Part shown: positions 14,647 through 28,163 of the stretch, piece by piece | Layout of the letters: every line of letters starts with the position of its first letter | Numbering within the stretch: the first letter of the stretch is position 1 | NCBI RefSeq assembly: GCF_001194135.2 | Contig: NC_068988.1 | Location: 97,167,742 to 97,231,741, forward strand | Direction of reading: 5' to 3' | From: Octopus bimaculoides | Lineage: Eukaryota | DNA: 64,000 nt | Notes under the pieces: model-generated | The model's database searches: none | Seen by the model: the letters and a program-made list of their open reading frames with translations, nothing else | Told to the model about the DNA's origin: nothing | Translations under genes and position numbers: made by a program

Positions 14647-14926
14647 TTCACATTTTCATCTCTTCTTCCAGTTCACTCATTCTCTCCTTCCTCTCCATCC
14701 ATTTCCTCCCCCCCCATCTTTTTCTCCAAACTCCTCTCTTCTTTCTAAATCCTCCTCTTCTCATAAGTCCATTACTTTCTCCCTCTCTCCCCTTTCTCTT
14801 TCTCTCCCACTCTCCATTATTTTCTATTTTCTCTCCTCTTCCTCTGCCTCCAATCAAATTCCTTACTACCACCTCACCTCATACCTTTTGTGTCTTATTC
14901 CTTTCTCTCTAACCCCGCCTACTCCT

Positions 14927-14974
<48 letters not shown>

Positions 14975-15510
14975 ACTCTCTATCTATATATCTATTACTC
15001 TCTTTCCCTCATCCTTTCCTCTCTGCTACTTCTTTCCCCCTCCCTTTCTCTCTCTGGCTCTTTCTTTTTTCTTTCCTCTTTTTGTCTTTTAAACAATTCT
15101 CTTTTACCATTTTAAATTCTTTCTTGAAAATCACTTTCCACTACTCTTGCAACTCCTCCTACTGCTACGTTCTTCTTCTTCTTCTTCTTCTTCTTCTTCT
15201 TCTTCTTCTTCTTCTTCTTCTTCTTCTTCTTCTTCTTCTTCTTCTTCTTCTCCTCCTCCTCATCCCCCCCTCCTCCAGCACGTTCACTTTCATTTCTTTC
15301 TCATCCATTCCTGCGTGACTGCAACCTTTCTTTTCTCCGTCTCTCTCCTTCTTTAAACTCTCCAATTCGCTGTTCTCCCCCTCGTTCAAAAACATACTGG
15401 CTCTACCTGCTCCCCTCTACACCCAACTACCTCGATCCCCAATTCTCCTCCTCCTCTCTACCACATCTTATCATCTCAAGCTTTCCTCTCTCTCTCTCTC
15501 TTTCTTTCTC
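14080..15510. repeat. Pyrimidine-rich domain with (CT)n and (TTC)n tracts
   Basis: Read directly; (TTC)n at about 15170-15250. Confidence 0.9.
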
Positions 15511-17822
15511 TCCATATTACTTCCACAGTTTGATCACAATCAACACATTCGCCACCTCTATATAATTACAGACAGCCATGACAGAGTTGCTCAACACACG
15601 AAAAATAGCAGTCGAATGTCTTTCAAATCGCAAACCATCGTTTCTTACGGCATATTGGGATAATGGGATGCCAGGAATCCGTTCATTGGAAAAAGACAGG
15701 ATGGTCATGGCCAGAATACTTTTGATCATATTCACTCAGGTCTTATCGAGGCTGAAAAAATAACAGCCATAACGTAGAAGGAATTTTCTTTGATTGCAAA
15801 GAAATCAACATTGATTTAGATTCTAAATCAATGATGATTTCTTCGCGTCGCAAGAATATAAATGTCTGAGAGGCTGAGAATATTACATTTTTCTCCTAAG
15901 CAGAAGTAGCAGCTTATTATGAGCTGGTAAAGATTCAATAGACACACACACGCATGCATATATATATATCTATGTATATATNNNNNNNNNNNNNNNNNNN
16001 NNNNNNNNNNNNNNNNNNNNNNNNNNNNNNNNNNNNNNNNNNNNNNNNNNNNNNNNNNNNNNNNNNNNNNNNNNNNNNNNNNNNNNNNNNNNNNNNNNNN
16101 NNNNNNNNNNNNNNNNNNNNNNNNNNNNNNNNNNNNNNNNNNNNNNNNNNNNNNNNNNNNNNNNNNNNNNNNNNNNNNNNNNNNNNNNNNNNNNNNNNNN
16201 NNNNNNNNNNNNNNNNNNNNNNNNNNNNNNNNNNNNNNNNNNNNNNNNNNNNNNNNNNNNNNNNNNNNNNNNNNNNNNNNNNNNNNNNNNNNNNNNNNNN
16301 NNNNNNNNNNNNNNNNNNNNNNNNNNNNNNNNNNNNNNNNNNNNNNNNNNNNNNNNNNNNNNNNNNNNNNNNNNNNNNNNNNNNNNNNNNNNNNNNNNNN
16401 NNNNNNNNNNNNNNNNNNNNNNNNNNNNNNNNNNNNNNNNNNNNNNNNNNNNNNNNNNNNNNNNNNNNNNNNNNNNNNNNNNNNNNNNNNNNNNNNNNNN
16501 NNNNNNNNNNNNNNNNNNNNNNNNNNNNNNNNNNNNNNNNNNNNNNNNNNNNNNNNNNNNNNNNNNNNNNNNNNNNNNNNNNNNNNNNNNNNNNNNNNNN
16601 NNNNNNNNNNNNNNNNNNNNNNNNNNNNNNNNNNNNNNNNNNNNNNNNNNNNNNNNNNNNNNNNNNNNNNNNNNNNNNNNNNNNNNNNNNNNNNNNNNNN
16701 NNNNNNNNNNNCGATACAAAGGCAGATAGGAGAAACAACAATTAGAAGGACAGGCATAAAAAGACGGGTCATTCGTAGCCCTCTTTCCTCAGTCAAGTTA
16801 CCAGAAGTCCTTACTGTTTCGGGCAGTTACACTTGAGACAGTTCAATCTGGTTGCCCCCCCCCCCCAAAGTCTAAGCTAAGAGCATTAGATTTTTTTTTA
16901 AAAAGGCTAGTGAATGTGTATGGCAACAAAGACAAAAAATGGAGAACATGGTACGCAATTGCAAATACAAGCAACAAGGATACAACAACAGGTGCCTTTC
17001 GACTGGAAACCAATCAAATGGAGCTGGTGTGTCTGAAGTTAAAGCCTAATATATATAAAATATGTAGTTACATTAGAGTTTGTTATTATTATTATATATA
17101 AATAATTGCATATAACTATATATGCCTGCTTGAAAGGCTGATCAAATCAGTTACACAATGCGCGGTCGTTGTAGAGTTTTATATAATCCGTATCTTCTTG
17201 TTAATATCTAACGAGTTTCTGTTTACTTCTGTATTCATCTGTCTGTTTGCCAGTATATGGCAAACTCTAGTCTTCACGACCCCCCGCTCCCCCGTCACTA
17301 ACTGTAATGGCTAATCCAATAACAACTAAACATCATAGTATTATCATCAGTTATCGTTATTTCTACAATTTCGAATTGATTGAATAATCAGCCAGCTTCC
17401 CTGACGATCCCTTTAACACTTTAAGCAGTCCTCGTATCTTCATTCTTTTTCTTTTTATCATCTTATTATTTTCAAATTAAAAATCTTCTCGTTATCGAAT
17501 CTGTATTTCAATTGGTAACTGTCAAATGAAGTTTGATATTCAATAATAGAGCTCGTTCATCTGGTTCCTTGCCCACTAAATCTCAATTCGCCCGAAAATA
17601 GCCGTTAGTAATCAAGGTCTAGAGGTCAGAACAGAAAAGCATCAATTCCTCTTAACAACCATCCACTCATTCTTTCTACTTACAGCATCTCTCCCTCCCC
17701 CTCCTTCCTCCCCTTCTCTCTTTCTATCTTTCCTTTCCTATCTTTTCCTCCTTTTTCACATCTTTCCTTTCTTCATTTATTTGTTTATTTCATTCAGTCT
17801 TTCAGCCATTCTTTTCTCCCAT

Positions 17823-17902
<80 letters not shown>

Positions 17903-18550
17903 CTTTTTTCCCCTCTTCTCCCGCCTTCTCGCAAATGAGTAGCGTATAAATACTAACACTTATTAACATATTTCGTACGCCGTCGGCTTTTTCCGGTATG
18001 CTGATCGTTAGCTTCCGAAGAATTCGCTACTTAACGGTCAGACAAATTTCCTGTGCTAGTTGGCCGTTTACAATAGCGTTCAGAAGGGAAGGATGGAGCA
18101 GCCATTGTCTGGCTGGAGGTTTGACGGCATGTCATCGTTAGCTTAGACACAATGTGTCTGTCAATTGTTGCAGGAAGAATTCACTTCAATCCACTGTCGG
18201 TTGTTCTGTTCAGTTAAAGTGCCAGGCAACCAGAAACTGCCCGGAACAATTTTTTCTTGCTCAGCCACCTTGCACCCATGCTCACACCCGTTTGAAAGCC
18301 CCGAGAGCGTGTTCGTTATTACAATATTAAGATTTTAAAAGGAAGAAGGAGGAGATGAACAATAACAACAACAACGACAACAACAACGAAGACATCGGCG
18401 TTCGTTTTCGTTGCTGTTTTTCATGAAAGGGGAAAACAGAGAGGATGAGAGAAAGAGAGGGAAAGAGAGAGTGACGGAGAGAGAGAGGATGGAAGAGAGT
18501 GAATGTGTTAGTGAGAGAGAGAGAGGATGGAAGAGAGTGAATGTGTTAGT

Positions 18551-18581
<31 letters not shown>

Positions 18582-20235
18582 TGGCGGTAGGAGTATGTAC
18601 GAGAATCAGTGTGGGCGAATGAGTGGGTGCGAGAGTGAGTGGGGGTGAATGAGGGATTGAGTGTGTGGGTGAGTGAGCCGGTGTGTGAGGGTGGCTGAGT
18701 AAATGAGTGGCAATGTACCTGCGTGAGTGTATGAGTAATAGAAGGACGAAGTGAATGAAGGAATAGATGGTTGTTCGATCTGCTAGAAATTGCAGCCAAA
18801 TCTCCTTCAAAACACCCACTACATCTTGCAAAAGTAATAGCACATTGGGTAATATATTTCAAGGTACACCAATCCGGGGTAACTGATGGCACAGCTATGG
18901 CTTGACTGTTTTTGATGAAAGGTTTGGTCGATGAAGGCAGACTCAGAATCAAATATGAACAGCAAAATGGGTCATTTACTAAAATCAAAATTTCCCTTTA
19001 ATTTCGGGGGAAAACATTGATTGGAGTCAGTATTTTATGCAGTCTATATCGAATCCAATCTATATCGATTGATTAAGCGTTTGCTAAGTAATATTGTCAT
19101 GAAGTCGAATACTTTGTCTTTGAATTATGCTGTACCATCACATTCATGTTGATAACATCAAAGAATTCTTTTGTTCCAGTTAAGATTCTTCGTGTAAAAT
19201 TTACTTCTTTTATTGATTAAAACATCTTACCTGTCTCACAGGCGAAGTGCTGTAGTAAGTTGTACAAGATGTTTATTCTGGAAACTACTGTACGTTAGTT
19301 GTATTATTAGAACGTCGAGTTAAATGCCTTGCGATGTTTGTTTCGTCACACTGTCTGCTTTCTTCAAATCCAGCGTTGAATAATACCAATTATATATTTT
19401 TTTCTTAATTCAAATCCTGGAATTGGTTTAGTAATAGAATCCCTCCCCAAAACACTTGACTTTGGGCTCATGTTCCAAATATTTATTACTATTATTGATA
19501 AGATGCTAGGTTCATAGAATTGTTAGCGCGTTGGGCAAGACCATTTGTGCAATTTGTTCCATTCTGAATTTGATATCAAATCCAATCAAGGTCAAATTTG
19601 CTTTTCATCATTCCAGGGTCAATACAATATTAGATCATACAATTTCTATCAGTAAACGAAAATGTTTGTTTACTTAGTAAGACATTTAGCACTTCGGCAT
19701 CTACGATGAAGGATGTGCTTTGCCGATGAAATCAGATTAAGATCGAAACACGATCGAAACACTTTAAAAAAATATTTTTAACTGTTCATAATTATTTCTT
19801 GTCAACATTTTGAAACTCCTTGCATTAAACATTTTAACACTAACTTAATTAATTGTTGTTTATACGGTCGAGGCAACTGGATTATTTTACTTGTAGGTCC
19901 TTATTAATTAATCATTCAATTAATTAATTGATTTTATCTATATCTACATTCTGTCTTCAATTTGTCTTTTGTTTCTTTTTTATCTCTCTCCACTCTTTTT
20001 ATAAGTATAACTTTATACTTGCCGGGCTCTGATCGACTGAGTTTATATAGCTGTCAAAGCGGAGGCACACAGAAATACATTCGTCCTACGTTCAGAGGAC
20101 GCCATTCACAGCTCAAAACAAATTCATATTTACACAAGTCTAAACGGAGAGTTTTTCTCTCGCGGGGTTATTCATGCAGTGGTAGGTCTTGACACGACCG
20201 ACTACAATTGAACGTGTTAAACATGACTTTATACG

Positions 20236-20268
<33 letters not shown>

Positions 20269-20827
20269 NNNNNNNNNNNNNNNNNNNNNNNNNNNNNNNN
20301 NNNNNNNNNNNNNNNNNNNNNNNNNNNNNNNNNNNNNNNNNNNNNNNNNNNNNNNNNNNNNNNNNNNNNNNNNNNNNNNNNNNNNNNNNNNNNNNNNNNN
20401 NNNNNNNNNNNNNNNNNNNNNNNNNNNNNNNNNNNNNNNNNNNNNNNNNNNNNNNNNNNNNNNNNNNNNNNNNNNNNNNNNNNNNNNNNNNNNNNNNNNN
20501 NNNNNNNNNNNNNNNNNNNNNNNNNNNNNNNNNNNNNNNNNNNNNNNNNNNNNNNNNNNNNNNNNNNNNNNNNNNNNNNNNNNNNNNNNNNNNNNNNNNN
20601 NNNNNNNNNNNNNNNNNNNNNNNNNNNNNNNNNNNNNNNNNNNNNNNNNNNNNNNNNNNNNNNNNNNNNNNNNNNNNNNNNNNNNNNNNNNNNNNNNNNN
20701 NNNNNNNNNNNNNNNNNNNNNNNNNNNNNCGAAAACACGCAGTCATCACTTTTTGTTATATTTTACTGGCGGCCGAGCCAAGTTGTTTTTCGTCAAGCAG
20801 AAACAATACGCCATAATGAATGAAACG

Positions 20828-20866
<39 letters not shown>

Positions 20867-21112
20867 GTAACAACTTGATGGCAATGGTTGTAACGAGGGC
20901 GGTTGGTGGTGGGAGTGATTGGGGTAAATGACGACGACGACGATGACAGTGATGATGATGATAAGGAGGGGGAAAAGGAGGAGGGGGAAGAGGAGGATGG
21001 TGATGATGAAGGTTTTGGTAACGCCGGTCATGATTATGATGGTGATGCTGGTGATCGTGGTGACTGTAGTTTTAGCGATTAAGGTGGTGATGGTGAAGGT
21101 GGTAATTGCTTA

Positions 21113-21145
<33 letters not shown>

Positions 21146-21284
21146 GTTTTTGATAGTAATGGTCATGATGGTGATAATAATGATGCTGGTGGCGGAGGCA
21201 GGGCACGGGACGGTTATGATGGTGTGATGAAGTTTTTCATAATAATGGTGGTAGTGGTGGCAGCGCAGATGATGGTGATAAAGA

Positions 21285-21325
<41 letters not shown>

Positions 21326-21370
21326 AGAGAAAGGAGAGAGAGGAGAAAGAGAGGTGAAGGTAGAGACAGG
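20828..21370. repeat. Trinucleotide (GTA/GAT/GGT) and (GA)n low-complexity region
   Basis: Read directly. Confidence 0.9.
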
Positions 21371-21830
21371 GGGAGATGGAGGTCGCGTTAGAAAATGGCC
21401 GTATCTATGACTAGCTCTCATCTACATCCTCTTACGACTGATCGTATTAGCGGTTGAGAGGAGAGTTTTGCGCCAAAAAAACTCTCAACAAATACTAGAA
21501 ACAATGAGGAAAACAACTGCAGCAAACAAAAACAAAACTAAAAAAGTATAAAAGAGTAGGTTAAACACCCTTATTTAATTAGCGGCTGATTTGAATCGTA
21601 ATTGAAGCTTTCACGTAAGAACGGATTCGCCTGAGACCTTAAAAACAAGAGACGAGATGATGAAGACGAGGAAGACAGAGCCGTGAGTTTACGCTACAGT
21701 TAATAGAATACAAAATCTGATTGCTGCAGAGCTCCAGACCATAATATTATTATGAATTTACATTCTGCTATTCTTTCTTGGTAATAAACAATTTTTGTTC
21801 TCACTCTCTCCTCTCCTCCCTCTCTTCATT

Positions 21831-21869
<39 letters not shown>

Positions 21870-21900
21870 CTCTCTCCCTCCTTCCCTATCTCTCTTTCTT

Positions 21901-22076
21901 TCTCCGCTTTTCTTTCTTTCTTTCTCCGCTTTTCTTTCTTTCTTTCTCCGCTTTTCTTTCTTTCTTTCTCCGCTTTTCTTTCTTTCTTTCTCCGCTTTTC
22001 TTTCTTTCTTTCTCCGCTTTTCTTTCTTTCTTTCTCCGCTTTTCTTTCTTTCTTTCTCCGCTTTTCTTTCTTTCTC
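21901..22076. repeat. 22-bp minisatellite TCTCCGCTTTTCTTTCTTTCTT, about 8 copies
   Basis: Seven exact copies plus a nearly complete eighth, counted by hand. Confidence 0.92.
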
Positions 22077-22230
22077 CTTTTACTCTGTCTTTTTCTCTTT
22101 GTTGAGACCCACATTTTTCGCGATCACAGTTTCATTATTCCCCTCTCTCTCCTTCTCTCTCTTTCTCTCTCCCACTCTTTCTCTCCCTCTCCCTCTCCCT
22201 CTTTATATATATAAATACACGCACACATAC

Positions 22231-22278
<48 letters not shown>

Positions 22279-22770
22279 CATAATATGTGTACGTATACGC
22301 ATATGTATACTTTTTACTCTTTCGGTCTCTATAAATATCTTTTTCTCAACGTGTATATATACACACACACACACACACACACATCTTTATCTCTCTTTCT
22401 TTCTCTCAATCTGTCTCTCTTGATCTCTGTCTCAAACAGTCTTTCTCTCTCTACGCACTCATATATATCAGTGTCTGAGCGTGTGTATACGTGTGTGTAT
22501 GTCACTATATATGCCTCTGTGTTTGTGTGCGAATACAAATTCGTTAATCGCTTTTCTCAATCCCTCTTTTCCTCCCACTCTCGTTCTCCTTCTCCTCCCT
22601 CTCTCTCATTCTTCCTCCTCTCTCTGTCTCTCTCATCTCCCACCTCTACTCTCCTGCTTCCCTGTCTCTTGTTTTATGTTCTATCGACCTTTAAGACGTG
22701 TTTAATGAATATAAGAAATAGAATAAGTGAACATTTGGCCCTAACCCTCCTCCACACACACACACACACG

Positions 22771-22828
<58 letters not shown>

Positions 22829-23303
22829 NNNNNNNNNNNNNNNNNNNNNNNNNNNNNNNNNNNNNNNNNNNNNNNNNNNNNNNNNNNNNNNNNNNNNNNN
22901 NNNNNNNNNNNNNNNNNNNNNNNNNNNNNNNNNNNNNNNNNNNNNNNNNNNNNNNNNNNNNNNNNNNNNNNNNNNNNNNNNNNNNNNNNNNNNNNNNNNN
23001 NNNNNNNNNNNNNNNNNNNNNNNNNNNNNNNNNNNNNNNNNNNNNNNNNNNNNNNNNNNNNNNNNNNNNNNNNNNNNNNNNNNNNNNNNNNNNNNNNNNN
23101 NNNNNNNNNNNNNNNNNNNNNNNNNNNNNNNNNNNNNNNNNNNNNNNNNNNNNNNNNNNNNNNNNNNNNNNNNNNNNNNNNNNNNNNNNNNNNNNNNNNN
23201 NNNNNNNNNNNNNNNNNNNNNNNNNNNNNNNNNNNNNNNNNNNNNNNNNNNNNNNNNNNNNNNNNNNNNNNNNNNNNNNNNNNNNNNNNNNNNNNNNNNN
23301 NNN

Positions 23304-23368
<65 letters not shown>

Positions 23369-23461
23369 CCTTTCTACTATTGACAGAAAACCTGAAATTT
23401 TGGGAGAGAAGATGAGTCGATTACAATGACCCCTTTATCGATCCCGAAAGGATGACAGGCA
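23304..23461 (-). mobile_element. 3' body of a family A SINE with (ATT)n tail, head missing
   Basis: (TAA)n followed by TCCTTTCTACTA...CCTGAAATTTTGGG...TTTATCGATCCCGAAAGGATGACAGGCAA. Confidence 0.8.
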
Positions 23462-24740
23462 ATCATGCCTGGTCTTTTTGCCTCAACACTATGGTCAATC
23501 TTTACGGCGAAGCCCCCACAAGATCTTGTTATCCTCACTTTTTATCATCGCCGCCGGTTCTTGTTCGTACCACTTTTCTGCTGTTTTGAACTCACATACA
23601 TGACTAACATCCCAGTGCACTATTTTGCATACACGTTGATACTCGTTTTGTGCTAGTATACTGCACTCACACAAATTCGAGTCCTTTCCTTGCAGATTCC
23701 ACATTTTCTGTCTGACTGAGTTTTATCGATCATTGCCTTTATCAGGTTCATTCTTAGGGCTTGTTTCTGATCGGTAATAATTAGCACTTCAAGTCCCTGT
23801 CTGTTAACCAGAGTCAGCGACCTTTACTTCCGATATTCTCGCTTTGTTGCATGAATCGGCCATCTAGTTTCATTTCTTTCCATCTGTTTGCTATGTTGTT
23901 CCTCTTTGAATTCTCCTGCTGTTTCGGTCAGGTTTGGGGTGAGTTTCTCTCGTTGCCCACAATATTCGCTCTTTACTCTGCAGATCATAAGTTTTCAGAC
24001 TCACGATCGCAGTATTAACAGTGTCTTCTGCGTTCAGTAATCCTCTACATCTTTCCATTCTTGGTAGGTATTACTTTCAGGATGAAGTGCATTGTGTATT
24101 GTCAGCCGCTTTCTAGTTCTTCTATCTAAGATCTGCCGCTCGACTTTTCTCCATTTCAGAAAGGGAGCGGAGTATCTCAGTACGGACATTGTCCACGTAT
24201 TTATGGCTTTAATAATGTTTCTGCCATTTAATTTTGCTTCCAGCATCTTCATGATTCTCCTCTTGTATTCTTCAGTGATTTTCTCTCTCATTTCTTCTTC
24301 TACAATCCTTAAAATACTCTAGATATTTGTAACCTTCATTATTCTACAGCGATCGAACGATATTGTCGTGTGGTAACATTACGCCATCAGAGTTTATCTT
24401 TCGGCTTCTCTTCATAATTAGTACTGCGCGTTTATTTACTCCAAACTGCATTCCAGTATCTTTACTGAATACTCGCACTGTTTGGACCAAAGAGTCAAGG
24501 TCTGTCTCACTTTTTTCTATATAACTTCAGGTCATCCATATAATGTAGGTTTTTTTTCTCATCTTGGATTTGTTAAACTCATAGGCAGGGTCTCGATTTT
24601 CTTAATATACTTGTCAGAAGAATTATTGCTATGACAAAGAGAGAGCGAATCTCTTTAGAAAATGCCCCTGTATATGTTTACATTGCCTGGAGATTCATTT
24701 GCACATGTCAGTTCTACTTCCCATGCTCTCATTAGACTGG
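23462..24740 (-). mobile_element. Dong/R4-clade non-LTR retrotransposon fragment (RT C-terminus, thumb, CCHC knuckle, start of RLE endonuclease), pseudogenised
   Basis: Minus-strand translation across frameshifts gives HYMDDLKLY (YxDD), LDSLVQTVRVFSKDTGMQFG, YKYLG, KLNGRNIIKAINTW..VLRYSAPFLKW, RTRKRLTIHNALHP, KQALRMNLIKAMIDKTQSD, CSILAQNEY, VHW, KWYE, NKILW and IDHSVEAKRPGM (equivalent to RPDI). This is the characteristic R4/Dong order. Confidence 0.9.
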
Positions 24741-24764
24741 CCTTTTGAAGTACAGGTACATGTG

Positions 24765-24880
24765 TGTGGATTAGAGCAATGTTGAATAAAGAGTCGTGCT
24801 CAAGGACAAAACGCATTGCCGTGTATCGAACTCACTATCTTGAGCCGAATAAGCTAACCACTGAGCCACGCACCTTCACG
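24765..24880 (-). mobile_element. tRNA-derived SINE head (family C)
   Basis: The minus strand reads GTGGCTCAGTGGTTAGC (A box) ... GAGTTCGATAC (B box) ... GTCCTTGAGCACGAC. Confidence 0.75.
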
Positions 24881-25042
24881 TATAATGTGTGTGTTTGTGT
24901 GTGTATACATATATACATATATGGCATGTTTGCCTAATTACATATCTATAAACTCTATCCAAATACACACTTGTGTGCATACACACACAAACACACACAC
25001 ACACATCAAATTATTGATATAGCTTATAACCCATCTCTTCCG

Positions 25043-25076
<34 letters not shown>

Positions 25077-25844
25077 GTACATTTATATACGTATGTGTGT
25101 GTGTATAAGTATGTGTATATATACATGTTCGCTCTCCGTCTGTCTTTAATACACACACACACACACGCGCACACATACATACTCTCTGTTTCTCTTACGC
25201 ATAAATACTTTCGTTTCACACACCAGACAGCTTCACAGTTCTACCAACATGCATGGTTACATGGTTACACAGCCATTCATATTTGAAAGTATTCATCTCT
25301 CATCTATTCGAAGCGTCTTTGCAAAAGAAAGGCTTCCTTCGTCATAGCTGGCAGCTGTTGTTTCAGTGTAGCATACTTCAAAGTGCGTAACAGGCCATAT
25401 TAAGCGGAGCAAACAGTAAGATGACACGACCAAAGCAACACTTGGAAAACTGATATAAAAATAATATTTATTATAGCGACAGCAGCGTCTCTATCTTCTC
25501 TTTATATGGGATGTATTTATCGATGTGTTGTTTATGCATATGGTGATGTGATGCTGATTCTCTCCAGCTATCATTACTGATGCAGTTTTGTAACTGCTGC
25601 TGTCTTTCATTTTTAAAATTTTTTTGTTGTTGTAAATACATATTTTCAATATATTCTTATAACTCTGTTGGTGGGGAAAGTGCTGTTGGTGATTGTGATG
25701 TAGGTGTGTTTATTTATTTATTTATTGTTGGGAGATGGTGGAGGGGGTTGTGACGATACGGAAGAGCTTTGGTGTTATTCTTTAGGTTTCTTTTTTAATT
25801 ATGTTTATGATCCCCTTCTGGAAAATCAAAGTAATAACAGAAAT

Positions 25845-25881
25845 GATTGCAACAACAACAGCAGCAAGCAACAGTAACAAG

Positions 25882-25953
<72 letters not shown>

Positions 25954-25964
25954 TGATGATGATA

Positions 25965-26001
<37 letters not shown>

Positions 26002-26021
26002 CAACAGCAACAACAACAATC

Positions 26022-26116
<95 letters not shown>

Positions 26117-26160
26117 TATGATGAAGATGATGATGATGATGATGATGATGATAACAAACA
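25845..26160. repeat. Compound (AAC)/(AAT)n/(GAT)n trinucleotide array
   Basis: Read directly. Confidence 0.95.
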
Positions 26161-26224
26161 ATGAAAGAAAGCTATGTCTTAATGTAAGCCATCTCAGAAA
26201 ACTGAAAGATTTTTCTTATATGGA

Positions 26225-26275
<51 letters not shown>

Positions 26276-26991
26276 AGCTTGCCTCAGATGCGCCACCACA
26301 GCAACACGTGCGTCAAAATATAAACACAAAGACTGCAATATTTCTAGACGAAAGTTGCCAACCCGTGAGTCAAATTTAAAATTTTAATTCCATATACATC
26401 CATACTTGTACAAGACCTCTCTATGTACGCACATTGCTATTTGTTCTCGGTCCCGCGCTTATACATCAATAATAATAATGAATACGAGAGAAACATCAAC
26501 ACATGTCCGTGGGCGGTGTTCACTCAAAAAGTAAACGCTGTAAAGATGGACCCATAAGAAAACCAACGAAAAAAAACGTACGATGGACGGATAACCATGA
26601 ATACTATGAAATGGTTGACTTATGATTTAGTCACACTACTGTGCAACACTCCTCCAAAAACATACAAGAATAGCCGCATCCAGTAAACACGCAACAAAAT
26701 GAACAAAGACCACAACATGTGCCATAGAAGTCTGAGACTCAATAAAAGAACACAACCTGCGCAGCACAAACAACACATAATACGGAAACTGATACAACAG
26801 AAGACTGAAAGCAAACCCCAGAGCAAATGATGCCATACAATATCCCCCCCCCCNNNNNNNNNNNNNNNNNNNNNNNNNNNNNNNNNNNNNNNNNNNNNNN
26901 NNNNNNNNNNNNNNNNNNNNNNNNNNNNNNNNNNNNNNNNNNNNNNNNNNNNNNNNNNNNNNNNNNNNNNNNNNNNNNNNNNNNNNNNNNN

Positions 26992-27085
26992 ACCTCACCT
27001 CACCTCACTCACACCTCACCTCACCTCACCACCTCACCTCACCACCTCACCTCACCTCACCTCACCTCACTCACACCTCACCTCA
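26992..27085. repeat. (CACCT)n pentanucleotide repeat
   Basis: Read directly, next to a gap. Confidence 0.9.
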
Positions 27086-27413
27086 CCAGCACAAAGGTGC
27101 AACAGGTGGTGCAATGCAAAGCTGCTTGAAACTATCAAATGTTGGAAAAGAATGGCGATGACATTCGTGACCTCAGTTTATGGGAGGCAGGAGTTTACGC
27201 AAGAACTCTGATTGTAACAGCGAAAATGAAGCTGGAGTTTTAAGCGAAGGCCTCTCGCTCGGCAGTGGTCCAGTTAAGATGTAAACTGACAACAGCTGTT
27301 ATACTAAGACACCATCAGCAGATAATAGAGAAAGGAGGAGGAAGTGGAATTTGGCATAAATAAATGTGCAATATCAGTCATGAGAAGGGGACAGAAATAG
27401 CCTAAATGCTGCA

Positions 27414-27707
27414 GTGACGATAGACATCGAGGAAAACCCGAAAATCCTCGAAGCCTATCAGACCAAACAGGAGAACTGGTCTGGGATGAGCATAGAACTC
27501 CTCATACAGACGACACAAAAGAATGTGGATCTCATCCCGGACCAGATCTTTCTTCTTGGAGGCAGCATTACCAGGAAATCGAAGATTTTCGAGGAAATAT
27601 CACCAAGAGAATTCTTCATCAAGAGAATTCTTGGTGATTTACTTTTGGAAACATCCCAAGCCAACAGGAGAGACGGGCAACTCACCCCTCTAAACAAAAC
27701 CAAATAA
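27414..27707 (+). mobile_element. Possible 3' end of the Tx1 ORF1
   Basis: A 97-codon open frame stops 30 nt before the ORF2 ATG, with a T-rich spacer, as in the L1/Tx1 layout. No motif recognised. Confidence 0.35.
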
Positions 27708-27737
27708 GCTTTCCTTTTCTTTTCTTTTTTCGACAAC

Positions 27738-28163
27738 ATGGTCGTGTACAGAATAGGCAGCGTGAATGTACGTGGCCTGGGGTCGTTTGGAAGCTGGGTC
27801 ACCTGCCCAACGACCTCAGGGAATTGAATGTCGACGTGGCGGCCATTAGTGAGACGAGAATTTCCGACTCACGGAACTTTCAACCCATTTTCGGTGACTA
27901 TGAGGCGTACGCATCTCCAAGTCGTCCGGGATCGAGCGGCAGAGTCGCCGTGATGGTTCGAGAAAATCTGGGTCTTGCAATACGGACGATCTTCCTGGAT
28001 CCGGAAGGTTAAGTCGGTGGTCGGCGGACGTGACAGACTGCGAAGGACATACTTTCAGGCTAGTTGCCGTCTCTGCTCCAACAGGGGCAGGACGACCAGA
28101 TTTCTTCAGATGTCTGGAAACTTTCCTGGGAATGTTTCGCTCTTTTAGATGTAAGGTGGGACT
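27738..28163 (+). mobile_element. L1/Tx1-clade LINE ORF2 5' end (apurinic endonuclease domain), pseudogenised
   Basis: MVVYRIGSVNVRGLG[frameshift]KLGHLPNDLRELNVDVAAISETR...SGRVAVMV...LDPEG*..VADV...FRLVAVSAP..GRPDFFRCLETFL..VG. The APE motifs (S/N)VNVRGL, AxxET, GVA, (Y)AP and the DxEGR pattern of Tx1-like elements are present. Confidence 0.85.

Noticed and set aside
18170-18185. GGAAGAATTCAC match to the miR-263/96 family 3' half
   Set aside because: No seed match and no hairpin partner.
19200-19270. miR-8/200-like hairpin (CATCTTACC...AAGATGT)
   Set aside because: The TAATACTG seed is absent and the inner stem pairs poorly.
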